Shown here piece after piece: positions 48,679 through 57,008 of a stretch of 64,000 bases of DNA (its first letter is position 1; each line of letters begins with the position of its first letter). Source of the DNA: Candidatus Onthomorpha sp. GTDB taxonomy: Bacteria; Bacteroidota; Bacteroidia; Bacteroidales; P3. Location: positions 65,968-129,967 of the forward strand of contig JAZORH010000013.1 of NCBI GenBank assembly GCA_045656565.1. Direction: 5' to 3'. The position numbers and the translations under genes are program-made. Below the pieces are notes generated by a model. The model searched no databases. It was not told where the DNA came from and worked only from the letters and a program-made list of their open reading frames with translations.

Positions 48679-48740
48679 AATTTATTATTTAATTTCAGAT
48701 ACTTAATTAAGGCTTAATAATTATACCTTTTCTTAAAACC

Positions 48741-50420
48741 TTAATCTAAATTCAAGACATAATCTTTTGGATATAAAACTGAGTATCTTATTTTCAAGTT
48801 TAGACTCTCGCCCGCTTTAAGTCGTTTTTTCCATTGTAGCTTACCACTTACAGAATCGTAATTGGCAGTTTGCAAATCCAAGGCTTTTATCTTTATGTTC
48901 ACATCGTCGCTCACCGGAATTTGATCCTCTATATCCAATTCGACCTCTCTCAAACTATTATTCTTGATTTGCATACTCACCTCTACGATTGTTTCCACCT
49001 CTTTGCCTATCATAGAAGTTTTCTTTGGCGTTGTCTTGTTCACTCTTCTGTTTACAGAGATGCGTTTGTCTGCTCCAAGCGATAGACTCAAAGTGTCGGT
49101 TTGAGTTTCTGAAGGAACAAGAAGAGTTTCTCCCGACATCTTATTATCAAAATAAACATATGCAGATGCATCTGTAAGTCCCAACTTTTGCCAATCTGCA
49201 ACCATCGCCTGCAAATAAGCCTTGGAAGAAAGTTTTGGCTTTATAATATAGCTATAACTCATCTTCGCTACATTGGTTGTCAGAGCTATGGTCTTGTTAC
49301 TGCCATTGCTTTTGATAGTATGTTTATGTCCAAGTGTATATGCTTGTCCCATCAAACCATTTGTAGCACTTGTTTGTGCAGTATAATTAGATATGAGACG
49401 ATCTGCAATAACAAACGACTCTTCTTCCTCTTCCATTTCCTCTGTTATAGAAACAAAACCTATGTTTTTAGATTTTAACACAGTAGAATTAGAACGCAAA
49501 TTATTGTTTGCAAGATTCTTGATATTGTTTGGAGATAACACTCCAACCTGACTTTCATTACCAATCTCCTCTCCTGCAAAGGTTAAATTAACATCAAGCC
49601 AATCTTCTGCAGAATTATTTATCAGCCTAGCTTTTAGCACAAATAGGACATCGTCATTTTCGGAAGAAATTTTCATATCGTAAGATGGTTCCCAGAAAAC
49701 ATTGCCTACCACATAGGAATATTTGATTAGTGCAGATGGAATATCTTTTTCAGCATATATGTTGGCGATTATGCGGCTCTGAGTCTTTCTTAACGACGTT
49801 TGAGTGTCTAAATAAGAATAGCGTTCTTTAAGAACAGCCAACAAATGCTCTTGTTCTTTCAATGATTTGGTGATTTGCTCTATCTTTCTGTTGTTTTTGA
49901 TTTCCTCTTTGGTGATTTCACTCATCTTAGAGCGGAAATAGTCCAATGTAGCTTTGATTTCTGCCAATGAATCTTGACTTTGAGGATTGCTGAACAACTT
50001 CAAAGCCGACAAAGTAGCCGATTCCTTTTTTAGAACACTCTGATAATCCTTTGCAACTTTCAAATCATCTTTCAATCGTGCAATAGTGTCGTTCAATTTC
50101 TTGTATTGAATTCTGTCTTTGGGTGAAAGCGACTCTTCATAGGAGCTTAAGTCGGTATTGAAAGCAGAAACAATATTGAAATCAGTAAGCATAAAATCGT
50201 CATTTGCTTCAAATTGCACGCTTCTTTCCCAAAGCAGAGGACTATTTCCTTCGAGAATCAGAGTGTTGTCGCCTTTCTTCAAATTGACTGTAAGATGCTT
50301 TTCTATCAACCCACCATTAAAATAAACCGTAACATTATCTGTTACGGCTCTTTTGATTTCTTGGGCTTGCAAGTGGCTGCAATAAATCACAGCCACAAGC
50401 ATTAACCATATCTTTTTCAT
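48741..50420 (-). CDS. DUF4140/DUF4139 (MuiA-like) family secreted protein
   Basis: It has a signal peptide. The N-terminal VTVYFNGGLIEKHLTVNLKKGDNTLILEG and the C-terminal L.W...L.AGES..L...Y.V.YP pattern are recalled from this family. The middle is coiled-coil. Confidence 0.6.
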   Translation of the reverse strand: MKKIWLMLVAVIYCSHLQAQEIKRAVTDNVTVYFNGGLIEKHLTVNLKKGDNTLILEGNSPLLWERSVQFEANDDFMLTDFNIVSAFNTDLSSYEESLSPKDRIQYKKLNDTIARLKDDLKVAKDYQSVLKKESATLSALKLFSNPQSQDSLAEIKATLDYFRSKMSEITKEEIKNNRKIEQITKSLKEQEHLLAVLKERYSYLDTQTSLRKTQSRIIANIYAEKDIPSALIKYSYVVGNVFWEPSYDMKISSENDDVLFVLKARLINNSAEDWLDVNLTFAGEEIGNESQVGVLSPNNIKNLANNNLRSNSTVLKSKNIGFVSITEEMEEEEESFVIADRLISNYTAQTSATNGLMGQAYTLGHKHTIKSNGSNKTIALTTNVAKMSYSYIIKPKLSSKAYLQAMVADWQKLGLTDASAYVYFDNKMSGETLLVPSETQTDTLSLSLGADKRISVNRRVNKTTPKKTSMIGKEVETIVEVSMQIKNNSLREVELDIEDQIPVSDDVNIKIKALDLQTANYDSVSGKLQWKKRLKAGESLNLKIRYSVLYPKDYVLNLD

Positions 50421-50428
50421 ATTTGGAA

Positions 50429-51877
50429 TTATCTTGAAAGAGTTTTAGAACTTCTTTTGCTTGAACTGCTTGGAGCTTTTGTTTGTTTTGCAGAGCCGGT
50501 TTTTGTTTTTGAAGAACTATTTTTTGTTTTTGAAGAACTGTTTACTGACTTTGAAGACTTAGAAGACTTGTTATTTTTACTCTTATTGTTATTATACGAT
50601 TTTTCTTTCTTTGTCTCCTTATTTTTACCTACGTTTGTATTTTTTGCAGGCTTGCTTTCAGGTTTTGAAACTTCCTTTTCAGTCTTGCTACCATTATTAA
50701 TAGCTTTTTTGTCATCGTTTATCGCTCCTTTTAACTCCTTGCTATCGTTGTTGTTATTCTTCTTTTCAGGATTTGAGAAATTGCCTTTAGAAGCTTCTTT
50801 TTCAAAATTTGTTACATTTGAATTACTGTTTTTAGCTGGTTTAGGTAATGGTTTGTTTGAATCTTTATTTGAATCCAATTCTTTGTTTATTGTAGTTGTA
50901 GGCTTGGTTTCGCGATTAAATTCTTTGTCTTTTGAATTTTCCTTGTTGTTACCCTTGTTTAGTTCTTTGGCTCCTGAAGTGATTTTTGTAGGTTTCTCAA
51001 TTAAGATACTCTTATTTGTATTCTTAGTTTCCTTTGCAAACTCTTCAGACTTGGCTTTGTTTCTTTCCATTATAGCTTTGTTGGTTGATAAAGCCTTGTC
51101 GTTGAATGTTACATTAGGATTCTCTTTTTTGAAATCTGTTTCCAAGTTTGTTTCGTTTGGAATATCTTTCAACATTGATACTTCCTCGTCTGAGAAGTAC
51201 TCTGCCAAGTTTAAGTTCTTGTAGTTTCCTGATTCAACACTTTTTGATGGCACAAAACCTGGACGAGTTACTGTTCCGCCATTGTTGTTGGTGGTTATAG
51301 TACCTGTGTTTCCGCGTCCGATTACTGCACCTCCCTTTGTATGATGACCATGGTTGTATTCGTGGTAGCGACCGTTTGGTCTGTAGTGAGGATCGTGTCT
51401 ATAATCGTGATGATGTCTGTGACAGTAAGCCGCATAGTAACCATCATAATAGCCATTTCTGTATCCGTGAGCATAAGCGAAAGAAGGATTATATCCATAC
51501 AAATGACTCCAACCGTAATATGTGTAATAGAAAAACTCCCAGTAGTCATCGCAATTGTCTAATACGTATAGAGCATACTCTCTCGCCCTTAGAGAATAGT
51601 TGATTGCACTATTGTAAGCTCGGTTACGATACTTCTTTTGAGCGTATTCATTATAGTAAACAGCTTTTGAAAGATATGTATTAGTCCAATAGTTGTAAAA
51701 ATGAACCACATCATAGGCTTGGTCGATAACATAAGCTGTTTTATTGATGATGTTTCTTGCAGTTGATTTCTTTGAAGAAGGAGATCTGAAGCAATCATGT
51801 GCAAAAGATTCTTCTACTACAGCTAAGCTTGTGAATAAAACGGCTAAGCTTAATAAGATTTTTCTAAAACGTTTCAT
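50429..51877 (-). CDS. Secreted Tyr/His-rich protein with a long Lys/Asn/Ser-rich disordered tail
   Basis: It has a signal peptide. Residues about 40-180 are extremely rich in Y, H and N (YYDGYYAAYCHRHHHDYRHDPHYRPNGRYHEYNHGHH). The C-terminal 280 aa are low-complexity K, N, S and T. It sits 8 nt upstream of the DUF4139-like gene. Confidence 0.55.
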   Translation of the reverse strand: MKRFRKILLSLAVLFTSLAVVEESFAHDCFRSPSSKKSTARNIINKTAYVIDQAYDVVHFYNYWTNTYLSKAVYYNEYAQKKYRNRAYNSAINYSLRAREYALYVLDNCDDYWEFFYYTYYGWSHLYGYNPSFAYAHGYRNGYYDGYYAAYCHRHHHDYRHDPHYRPNGRYHEYNHGHHTKGGAVIGRGNTGTITTNNNGGTVTRPGFVPSKSVESGNYKNLNLAEYFSDEEVSMLKDIPNETNLETDFKKENPNVTFNDKALSTNKAIMERNKAKSEEFAKETKNTNKSILIEKPTKITSGAKELNKGNNKENSKDKEFNRETKPTTTINKELDSNKDSNKPLPKPAKNSNSNVTNFEKEASKGNFSNPEKKNNNNDSKELKGAINDDKKAINNGSKTEKEVSKPESKPAKNTNVGKNKETKKEKSYNNNKSKNNKSSKSSKSVNSSSKTKNSSSKTKTGSAKQTKAPSSSSKRSSKTLSR

Positions 51878-51968
51878 AATATCAAAGTTTTAATAAATTT
51901 TAATATTTGACAGCAAATATAGTTCAAAGTTTAATTACTCTCAAAACAAAGACTAACCAAAAAAATAT

Positions 51969-51976
51969 TACCTTTG
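51969..51976 (+). promoter_or_regulatory. -7 promoter element (TACCTTTG)
   Basis: It lies 29 nt upstream of the ATG at 52005. Confidence 0.5.
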
Positions 51977-52004
51977 CAACTGCAAATATATAAAAAAGAA
52001 AAGA

Positions 52005-52778
52005 ATGCTTAAAAGGTTTTGTTTTATTTTTAGCGGAATAGTCCTTACATTTATTAACTTTGGTGTACTTGCACAACAAGACCCAAAGGCTGTGGATTAC
52101 ATAATGAAGTACAAAAACTTAGCTTTGCAACACGAAAAAGAATATAAGATTCCTGCTTGCATAACTTTGGCACAAGGAATCTTGGAATCTGCAAGCGGAA
52201 CAAGCCTACTGGCAAGAGAGGCGAACAATCACTTTGGAATCAAATGTCATAATTGGGAAGGCGAAAAGTTCTATAAAGACGATGATAAAAAGAATGATTG
52301 TTTTAGAGTCTATCCATCGGTTGAGGAATCCTTCAAAGACCATTCTCTATTTTTGAAAAAGAAACGTTATGCCGACCTGTTCGAATTGGAAATCACCGAC
52401 TACAAGGGTTGGGCAGAAGGATTGAAACAAGCAGGTTATGCAACTAATCCGAAATATCCTCAATTGCTTACCGACTTGATAGAGAGATACAACCTTCAAG
52501 ACTTATCTCATTATGATACACTTGGCAACAACTCAGAACAAATAGCCTTAAACGATGAGCAAACAGAAGAATCGCAAGAACAAAATCAAGATATAGAAGT
52601 CGTTGAACAAGAAGATATTTCCAAACATTCGCATCACAGACATCACCATCACGGCTTTAACCCCCATCGCAGACCTTACGGACGTTATACACTTTCGGAA
52701 TATTGGGCAGAAAGGTGTACTGAGGCATCATTTATCAAGCCTGCAAGATACCGTAAAACCCTTTTTGGAAAACGATAG
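52005..52778 (+). CDS. Glucosaminidase-domain (GH73-type, FlgJ/mannosyl-glycoprotein endo-beta-N-acetylglucosaminidase-like) protein with a His-rich C-terminal tail
   Basis: It has a signal peptide. The blocks LAQGILESASGTSLLAREANNHFGIK and GYATNPKYP are typical of the glucosaminidase domain. The tail is HSHHRHHHHGFNPHRRPYGRY. Confidence 0.75.
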   Translation: MLKRFCFIFSGIVLTFINFGVLAQQDPKAVDYIMKYKNLALQHEKEYKIPACITLAQGILESASGTSLLAREANNHFGIKCHNWEGEKFYKDDDKKNDCFRVYPSVEESFKDHSLFLKKKRYADLFELEITDYKGWAEGLKQAGYATNPKYPQLLTDLIERYNLQDLSHYDTLGNNSEQIALNDEQTEESQEQNQDIEVVEQEDISKHSHHRHHHHGFNPHRRPYGRYTLSEYWAERCTEASFIKPARYRKTLFGKR

Positions 52779-52782
52779 TTGA

Positions 52783-53877
52783 TTATCGTCCTAAGACACA
52801 CCAACGCACTATCGGAATACGCCTTAATATTTCGTTCAAAATCAAAGACAAGACAAACACTGCTATTGTCAGTATTGCATAAATAACAAACACAGGTAGC
52901 GTTGTATGTATTTTCAACATATATCCAAAACTTGCTATCACCACATAGTGAACGATGTATAATCCATAGCTTGATTTAGTCATGTAAGTTGCAAAACAAT
53001 TTGTGTGATTAAAGTAACGCTGAAACACTCCTAAGAGCCCCAACATCATAAACCAAGTATAGGCAATATTCATTGGGCTTTGCAAGTATTTCGGAGAGGT
53101 GTTGTCTTGTCCAAATGTTCTTATCGTAAGAATTGTTCCAGCAATAAGGGCAATGAATATTAAATACAAAGCATATTTCCCTAAAATCTCTTGCACCTTG
53201 TCGTGAGAGAAAACAAAATATCCCATTAAGAAAGGTATTAAATAGTTGAGTGGCTTATATAGATTCAAAAGTCCGTCAAAGGATTCTGCTCTTGGATTTT
53301 GAATAAGCGTAAATGAGCCTGCGTAAAGCAAAAGTCCTAAAAGTATAATAGGAATAAATTTGATTTTTTCGCACATTTGCCATAGTCTATCCTTTTTATC
53401 AATCTTGCGAATCAAGATAAGAATGATAGAAAACAGCCAAAGGTCTTGTATAAACCAAAGAGGGCCAATACCCGAGATAGAGTAAATGAAATATTTTATC
53501 AATACAGGCATTTCTTCCGGGAAAAGCGGACCTCCCATTGCTTGTTCTGCAGCTATAGTATTAAAATACCCCGTAATCCATTGAAGAACTAACAAGCCTA
53601 ATGTTGCAGGTACTAATAGTTTTCTTGTTCTTGAAGCAAGGAATTGTTTTGAAGAAAGTTTCTCTAAGCTATATCGCGAACTTATTCCTGCAATTAGAAA
53701 CATCAACATCATAAACCAAGGATACAAAACATACATTACGATGTCTTGATATTGATTTCCTCCAAATCCTCCAATGCCTCCGAATACTCCTTTATTATTA
53801 TAGAAGTATATAACGTGGTAAAACAAAACCGAAAGCACCACAACCCACCGAAGATTGTCTAACCAATGTTTTCTCAT
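52783..53877 (-). CDS. Acyltransferase family 3 integral membrane protein
   Basis: The N-terminus WLDNLRWVVVLSVLFYH is typical of acyltransferase_3. About 10 TM segments, 364 aa. Confidence 0.75.
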   Translation of the reverse strand: MRKHWLDNLRWVVVLSVLFYHVIYFYNNKGVFGGIGGFGGNQYQDIVMYVLYPWFMMLMFLIAGISSRYSLEKLSSKQFLASRTRKLLVPATLGLLVLQWITGYFNTIAAEQAMGGPLFPEEMPVLIKYFIYSISGIGPLWFIQDLWLFSIILILIRKIDKKDRLWQMCEKIKFIPIILLGLLLYAGSFTLIQNPRAESFDGLLNLYKPLNYLIPFLMGYFVFSHDKVQEILGKYALYLIFIALIAGTILTIRTFGQDNTSPKYLQSPMNIAYTWFMMLGLLGVFQRYFNHTNCFATYMTKSSYGLYIVHYVVIASFGYMLKIHTTLPVFVIYAILTIAVFVLSLILNEILRRIPIVRWCVLGR

Positions 53878-54083
53878 TTTGCCCCTCCTTCCATTATCTC
53901 ATCAATTGCACTTTGGAATATCTCGGTTTTCACCAATGCCATTCCATTTTTGTCTCCAAGAAGTAGGAGTGCATCACCCGGTTTAATGTTATAAACCTTT
54001 CTTGCTTCTTTTGGAATTACTATCTGCCCCTTATCTCCGACCTTTACTACGCCAAAGATATATTTTTCTTCTTTCTGTTGCAT
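53874..54083 (-). CDS. AbrB/MazE/SpoVT-type looped-hinge-helix DNA-binding protein
   Basis: 69 aa. VKVGDKGQIVIPKEARKVYNIKPGD is the SpoVT-AbrB domain signature. Its stop overlaps the acyltransferase start (ATGA). Confidence 0.75.
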   Translation of the reverse strand: MQQKEEKYIFGVVKVGDKGQIVIPKEARKVYNIKPGDALLLLGDKNGMALVKTEIFQSAIDEIMEGGAK

Positions 54084-54161
54084 AAGTTTGAAAAGTTAGA
54101 AATTTCCCACAAAAATACAAAATTTTAACTTTTCAGAAAGAAACAACGAAAAAAAATAAAA

Positions 54162-54251
54162 GAAAAACAACTCTTTGTTTTAATTTTCTGAATTCAAGAA
54201 AGAATATCGCGAAATCAAGAAACAATTTTCTGAAACAAAGAGTTGTTTTTC
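54162..54251. repeat. Long hairpin (19-bp perfect stem, 52-nt loop) built from 21-nt family units; probable terminator of the CAT-like gene
   Basis: gaaaaacaactctttgttt (54162-54180) pairs with aaacaaagagttgtttttc (54233-54251). The loop contains ATTTTCTGAATTCAAG and CAAGAAACAATTTTCTGAA, both also found at 60546-60569. Confidence 0.75.
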
Positions 54252-54300
54252 TAAAACTTGATGTTGTTAATTCAGGATAATGTATTATCGTTTTTTCCCT

Positions 54301-54918
54301 TTATAAAGACTTTATTTCTTTTTGCAATAGCTCAAGAAATTTGGCTCCCTGTCCTCCGTCCATCTGCACATGATGAAATTGAAAGGAGATTGGTAATAAG
54401 GTTTTGAAGAAATGCTTACGATATTTTCCCCACATAAGCATAGGATTTGAGAATTTATCGGTGTATTGATTCACAATGCAGTCAAGCGAAGTTGCTATCA
54501 TTGCAGAGGTTCCAAAAATCATATAATCCTCCAAAAAGAAACTTGTATTGTCTTTTGCAGTTTGAGTTGTCAATCTTGAATATTCTTGTGCGAATTGGCG
54601 AATATCATCATCAAAAGCTATATCGCAAGAACTGATTCCTCCTTTTTGATTGTTTACTATCACATTTATTGCAAGTTTGTCATACTTATAAAATTTTCCA
54701 TTCTCAACAAGGAAATATGACTCTTCAATCTGACTTGCGGCCTTTCCAATACACCAACACAAAAGCATATTCGGCTTGAGCCTTTTTCGCTTTGCAATCC
54801 TACACAATCGGCTTACATCAAAAGTTTTCGTCAAAGTAACCATCGGCATAGGCGATGTAATCCATAGATTGAAAGCTTCAGCACGAGGAGTATTAGCTGG
54901 ATTGATTTCTGTTTTCAT
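54301..54918 (-). CDS. CatA-like (chloramphenicol acetyltransferase family) O-acetyltransferase
   Basis: 205 aa. The catalytic block is FQFHHVQMDGGQGAKF (HHxxxDG). Confidence 0.75.
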   Translation of the reverse strand: MKTEINPANTPRAEAFNLWITSPMPMVTLTKTFDVSRLCRIAKRKRLKPNMLLCWCIGKAASQIEESYFLVENGKFYKYDKLAINVIVNNQKGGISSCDIAFDDDIRQFAQEYSRLTTQTAKDNTSFFLEDYMIFGTSAMIATSLDCIVNQYTDKFSNPMLMWGKYRKHFFKTLLPISFQFHHVQMDGGQGAKFLELLQKEIKSL

Positions 54919-54987
54919 AATTGTTTTGTGATTTAAGGTTTCATTTCTGCAAAATTACAAAAAAGAATACTCATACGAAATTTGCTA

Positions 54988-55043
54988 CTCGCAAAACCAA
55001 GTTTCAGAAAATTGAAACAAAGTTTTAGAATTTTAATCAGCCG
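54988..55043 (+). repeat. Intergenic 21-nt tandem unit cluster (same family)
   Basis: Units end at 55001, 55022 and 55043 (TTTCAGAAAATTGAAACAAAG, TTTTAGAATTTTAATCAGCCG). Confidence 0.8.
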
Positions 55044-55056
55044 TTTTAACAAAAGC

Positions 55057-55097
55057 AAAACTGCATATCTATACACTTATGTACGATATGCAGTTTT
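55057..55097 (-). terminator. Terminator after the thioredoxin-like gene
   Basis: aaaactgcatatc...gatatgcagtttt, with T-runs on both strands. Confidence 0.7.
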
Positions 55098-55114
55098 ACT
55101 TTTACTGATTGAGA

Positions 55115-55552
55115 TTATTCCTCTTTTCCTAACAATATCTCGTCTATGTATTTCTTCAGTTCTTCTTTTGATTTTGCTCCCATCAATATTTGAGGGTCTT
55201 TACCAATTGGAGCAAATATCATCGTAGGTATGCTGCTTATTCCTATCTCTTTTGCTAAGTCTTTATGCTTATCAACGTTTACTTTATAGATATAAATCTT
55301 TCCTTCGTATTCTTTGGCTAATTCTTTCAGCGGTTGCTCAACTAATTTGCATGGTTTGCACCAATCAGCATAGAAATCGATGATTGCAGGTTTGTCTCCT
55401 AAGTATTGCCAAGTTGTAGGGTTTGTTTCGTAATTGGCTACTTTTGTCAAAAATTCTTTTTTCCCTATTTCAATAGGTTTCTTTTGTGCAAACACCGATG
55501 CTGATAAAGATATTAACAAAGCAAGGGCTGCAAAACTTATAATCTTTTTCAT
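55115..55552 (-). CDS. Exported thioredoxin-family protein
   Basis: It has a signal peptide. The active site is WCKPCK and the fold is thioredoxin-like (IIDFYADWCKPCK...IPT). Confidence 0.85.
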   Translation of the reverse strand: MKKIISFAALALLISLSASVFAQKKPIEIGKKEFLTKVANYETNPTTWQYLGDKPAIIDFYADWCKPCKLVEQPLKELAKEYEGKIYIYKVNVDKHKDLAKEIGISSIPTMIFAPIGKDPQILMGAKSKEELKKYIDEILLGKEE

Positions 55553-55593
55553 ATTCGTTATATTTTTTCTTTGTTTCTATATTTATAAAACTC

Positions 55594-56010
55594 TTAGTAA
55601 ATTCTGATTAATCCCAATACCTCATCGTTTAACACCAATGTGTAGTCTCCTTCTGGGATTCCATCAATCTCAACTCTATAGTTCTTTAAGCAAGTGCAAT
55701 CATTGCTTATTTTTTTTGTGGATTCTGTTATTTTAATCTCACCTTCTACTATGTCGGCTTTAACTTCCAAAGCATCTTTATCGCAAGAAAGCAAAACATT
55801 ATTACGTTTCAATTCCATCTTTCCACTACTCACCCAATGAAAACTTGAAGATATTTTATTTTTTGCTGATTCTGCATCTTTTGCTTTATCAACGCACTCT
55901 GACAAATCTGTCACCTTTATAAGCAAATCGTGGTTTTCTGTTTGTGAACAAGAAACTGCCATTATCAAAATCGCAAAGATGCTTACCAAATATTTAATTC
56001 TATCTATCAT
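55594..56010 (-). CDS. Small lipoprotein of unknown function
   Basis: The lipobox is AVSC. 138 aa with no recognisable motif. Confidence 0.45.
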   Translation of the reverse strand: MIDRIKYLVSIFAILIMAVSCSQTENHDLLIKVTDLSECVDKAKDAESAKNKISSSFHWVSSGKMELKRNNVLLSCDKDALEVKADIVEGEIKITESTKKISNDCTCLKNYRVEIDGIPEGDYTLVLNDEVLGLIRIY

Positions 56011-56132
56011 AATTCAAATTTCACGATCCAATTCTTAAAAAAGAACGTTAAAGATTCTTTATTATTTTACTCTTAAACAAGAAAAGCTACCTCTATAACG
56101 AAGTAGCTTTTTCCATCAATTCAAAATTTCAG

Positions 56133-56203
56133 AGGTCTCTTCCAGATTCGAACTGGAGTAAACGGTTTTGCAGACCGGTGCCTAGCCACTCGGCCAAGAG
56201 ACC
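56133..56203 (-). tRNA. tRNA-Cys (GCA)
   Basis: The minus strand reads GGTCTCTTGGCCGAGTGGCTAGGCACCGGTCTGCAAAACCGTTTACTCCAGTTCGAATCTGGAAGAGACCT. It has a 7-bp acceptor stem, anticodon loop CUGCAAA, T-arm TCCAG-TTCGAAT-CTGGA and the U73 discriminator typical of tRNA-Cys. No CCA is encoded. Confidence 0.9.
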
Positions 56204-56220
56204 TTCTCGTTTTGCGTTTG

Positions 56221-56228
56221 CAAAGGTA
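56221..56228 (-). promoter_or_regulatory. -7 promoter element (TACCTTTG) of tRNA-Cys
   Basis: It lies 18 nt upstream of the tRNA 5' end. Confidence 0.55.
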
Positions 56229-56345
56229 CGTTTTTTTTCAGTATCTCACAAATTTATTTTCACTTTTCTTTGTTTTATTTTCTTCTTTCGCAGATTTACA
56301 ACAACTTAAACAAAGAAAAAGATATTTGTTTTCAAGAAATAAAAA

Positions 56346-57005
56346 TCACAAAAGCGAAGTAAATTTTTCAAAAAGCTGTTTTTCAACCAATGAAATATCG
56401 ATATCTTCTCCCAATTCTTGCTTCATAGATGTTACTCCTTTGTCTGTAAATCCGCAAGGGTTGATATAGTTGAAGTAAGTCAAATCTGTATTTACGTTTA
56501 GGGCGAATCCGTGCATTGTAATCCCTCTTGAAGCCTTCACCCCTATAGCACAGATTTTTCTTGCTTTGCTTGAATGAGCATCTATCCAAACTCCGGTCGC
56601 TCCTTTCAAGCGTTCGCAATTGATGGAATAGTCTTTCATCAATCTGATTACGCTTTCCTCTACGGCTTCAATATAGGTTCGCAAACTCAAACCTAAAGAA
56701 TCTATATCCAAACTCGGATAACCGACAATCTGTCCCGGACCATGATAGGTTATATCACCACCTCGATTGATGTGATGAAAGGTAGCATTTATTTTCTTCA
56801 AGAATTCCTCATTCGCCAACAAGTTTGCACTCTTGCCATGTTTGCCAAGAGTGTAAACATGTGGGTGTTGGCAAACTATGAAATCTTGAGTTATGCCACT
56901 TTGGGAAAGCAACTTCTGTTCAACCTTTCGATTGAAAACATCTTCTTGCTTTCTCAAAGCGACATCATAAGGGATCAATCCCCAGTCTTCAAGATTCATT
57001 TGCAT
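56346..57005 (-). CDS. lipB: Lipoyl(octanoyl) transferase
   Basis: The blocks are HPHVYTLG, RGGDITYHGPGQ.VGYP and KICAIGV, with the catalytic Lys/Cys context. It is 219 aa. Confidence 0.9.
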   Translation of the reverse strand: MQMNLEDWGLIPYDVALRKQEDVFNRKVEQKLLSQSGITQDFIVCQHPHVYTLGKHGKSANLLANEEFLKKINATFHHINRGGDITYHGPGQIVGYPSLDIDSLGLSLRTYIEAVEESVIRLMKDYSINCERLKGATGVWIDAHSSKARKICAIGVKASRGITMHGFALNVNTDLTYFNYINPCGFTDKGVTSMKQELGEDIDISLVEKQLFEKFTSLL

Positions 57006-57008
57006 GAA

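Noticed and set aside
50457-51224. 255-aa + strand ORF rich in L, F and S
   Set aside because: It is antisense to the Lys/Asn/Ser-rich low-complexity tail of 50429..51877. The AAR/AAY-rich codons give an open TTY/YTT frame on the opposite strand. It has no promoter and no start context.
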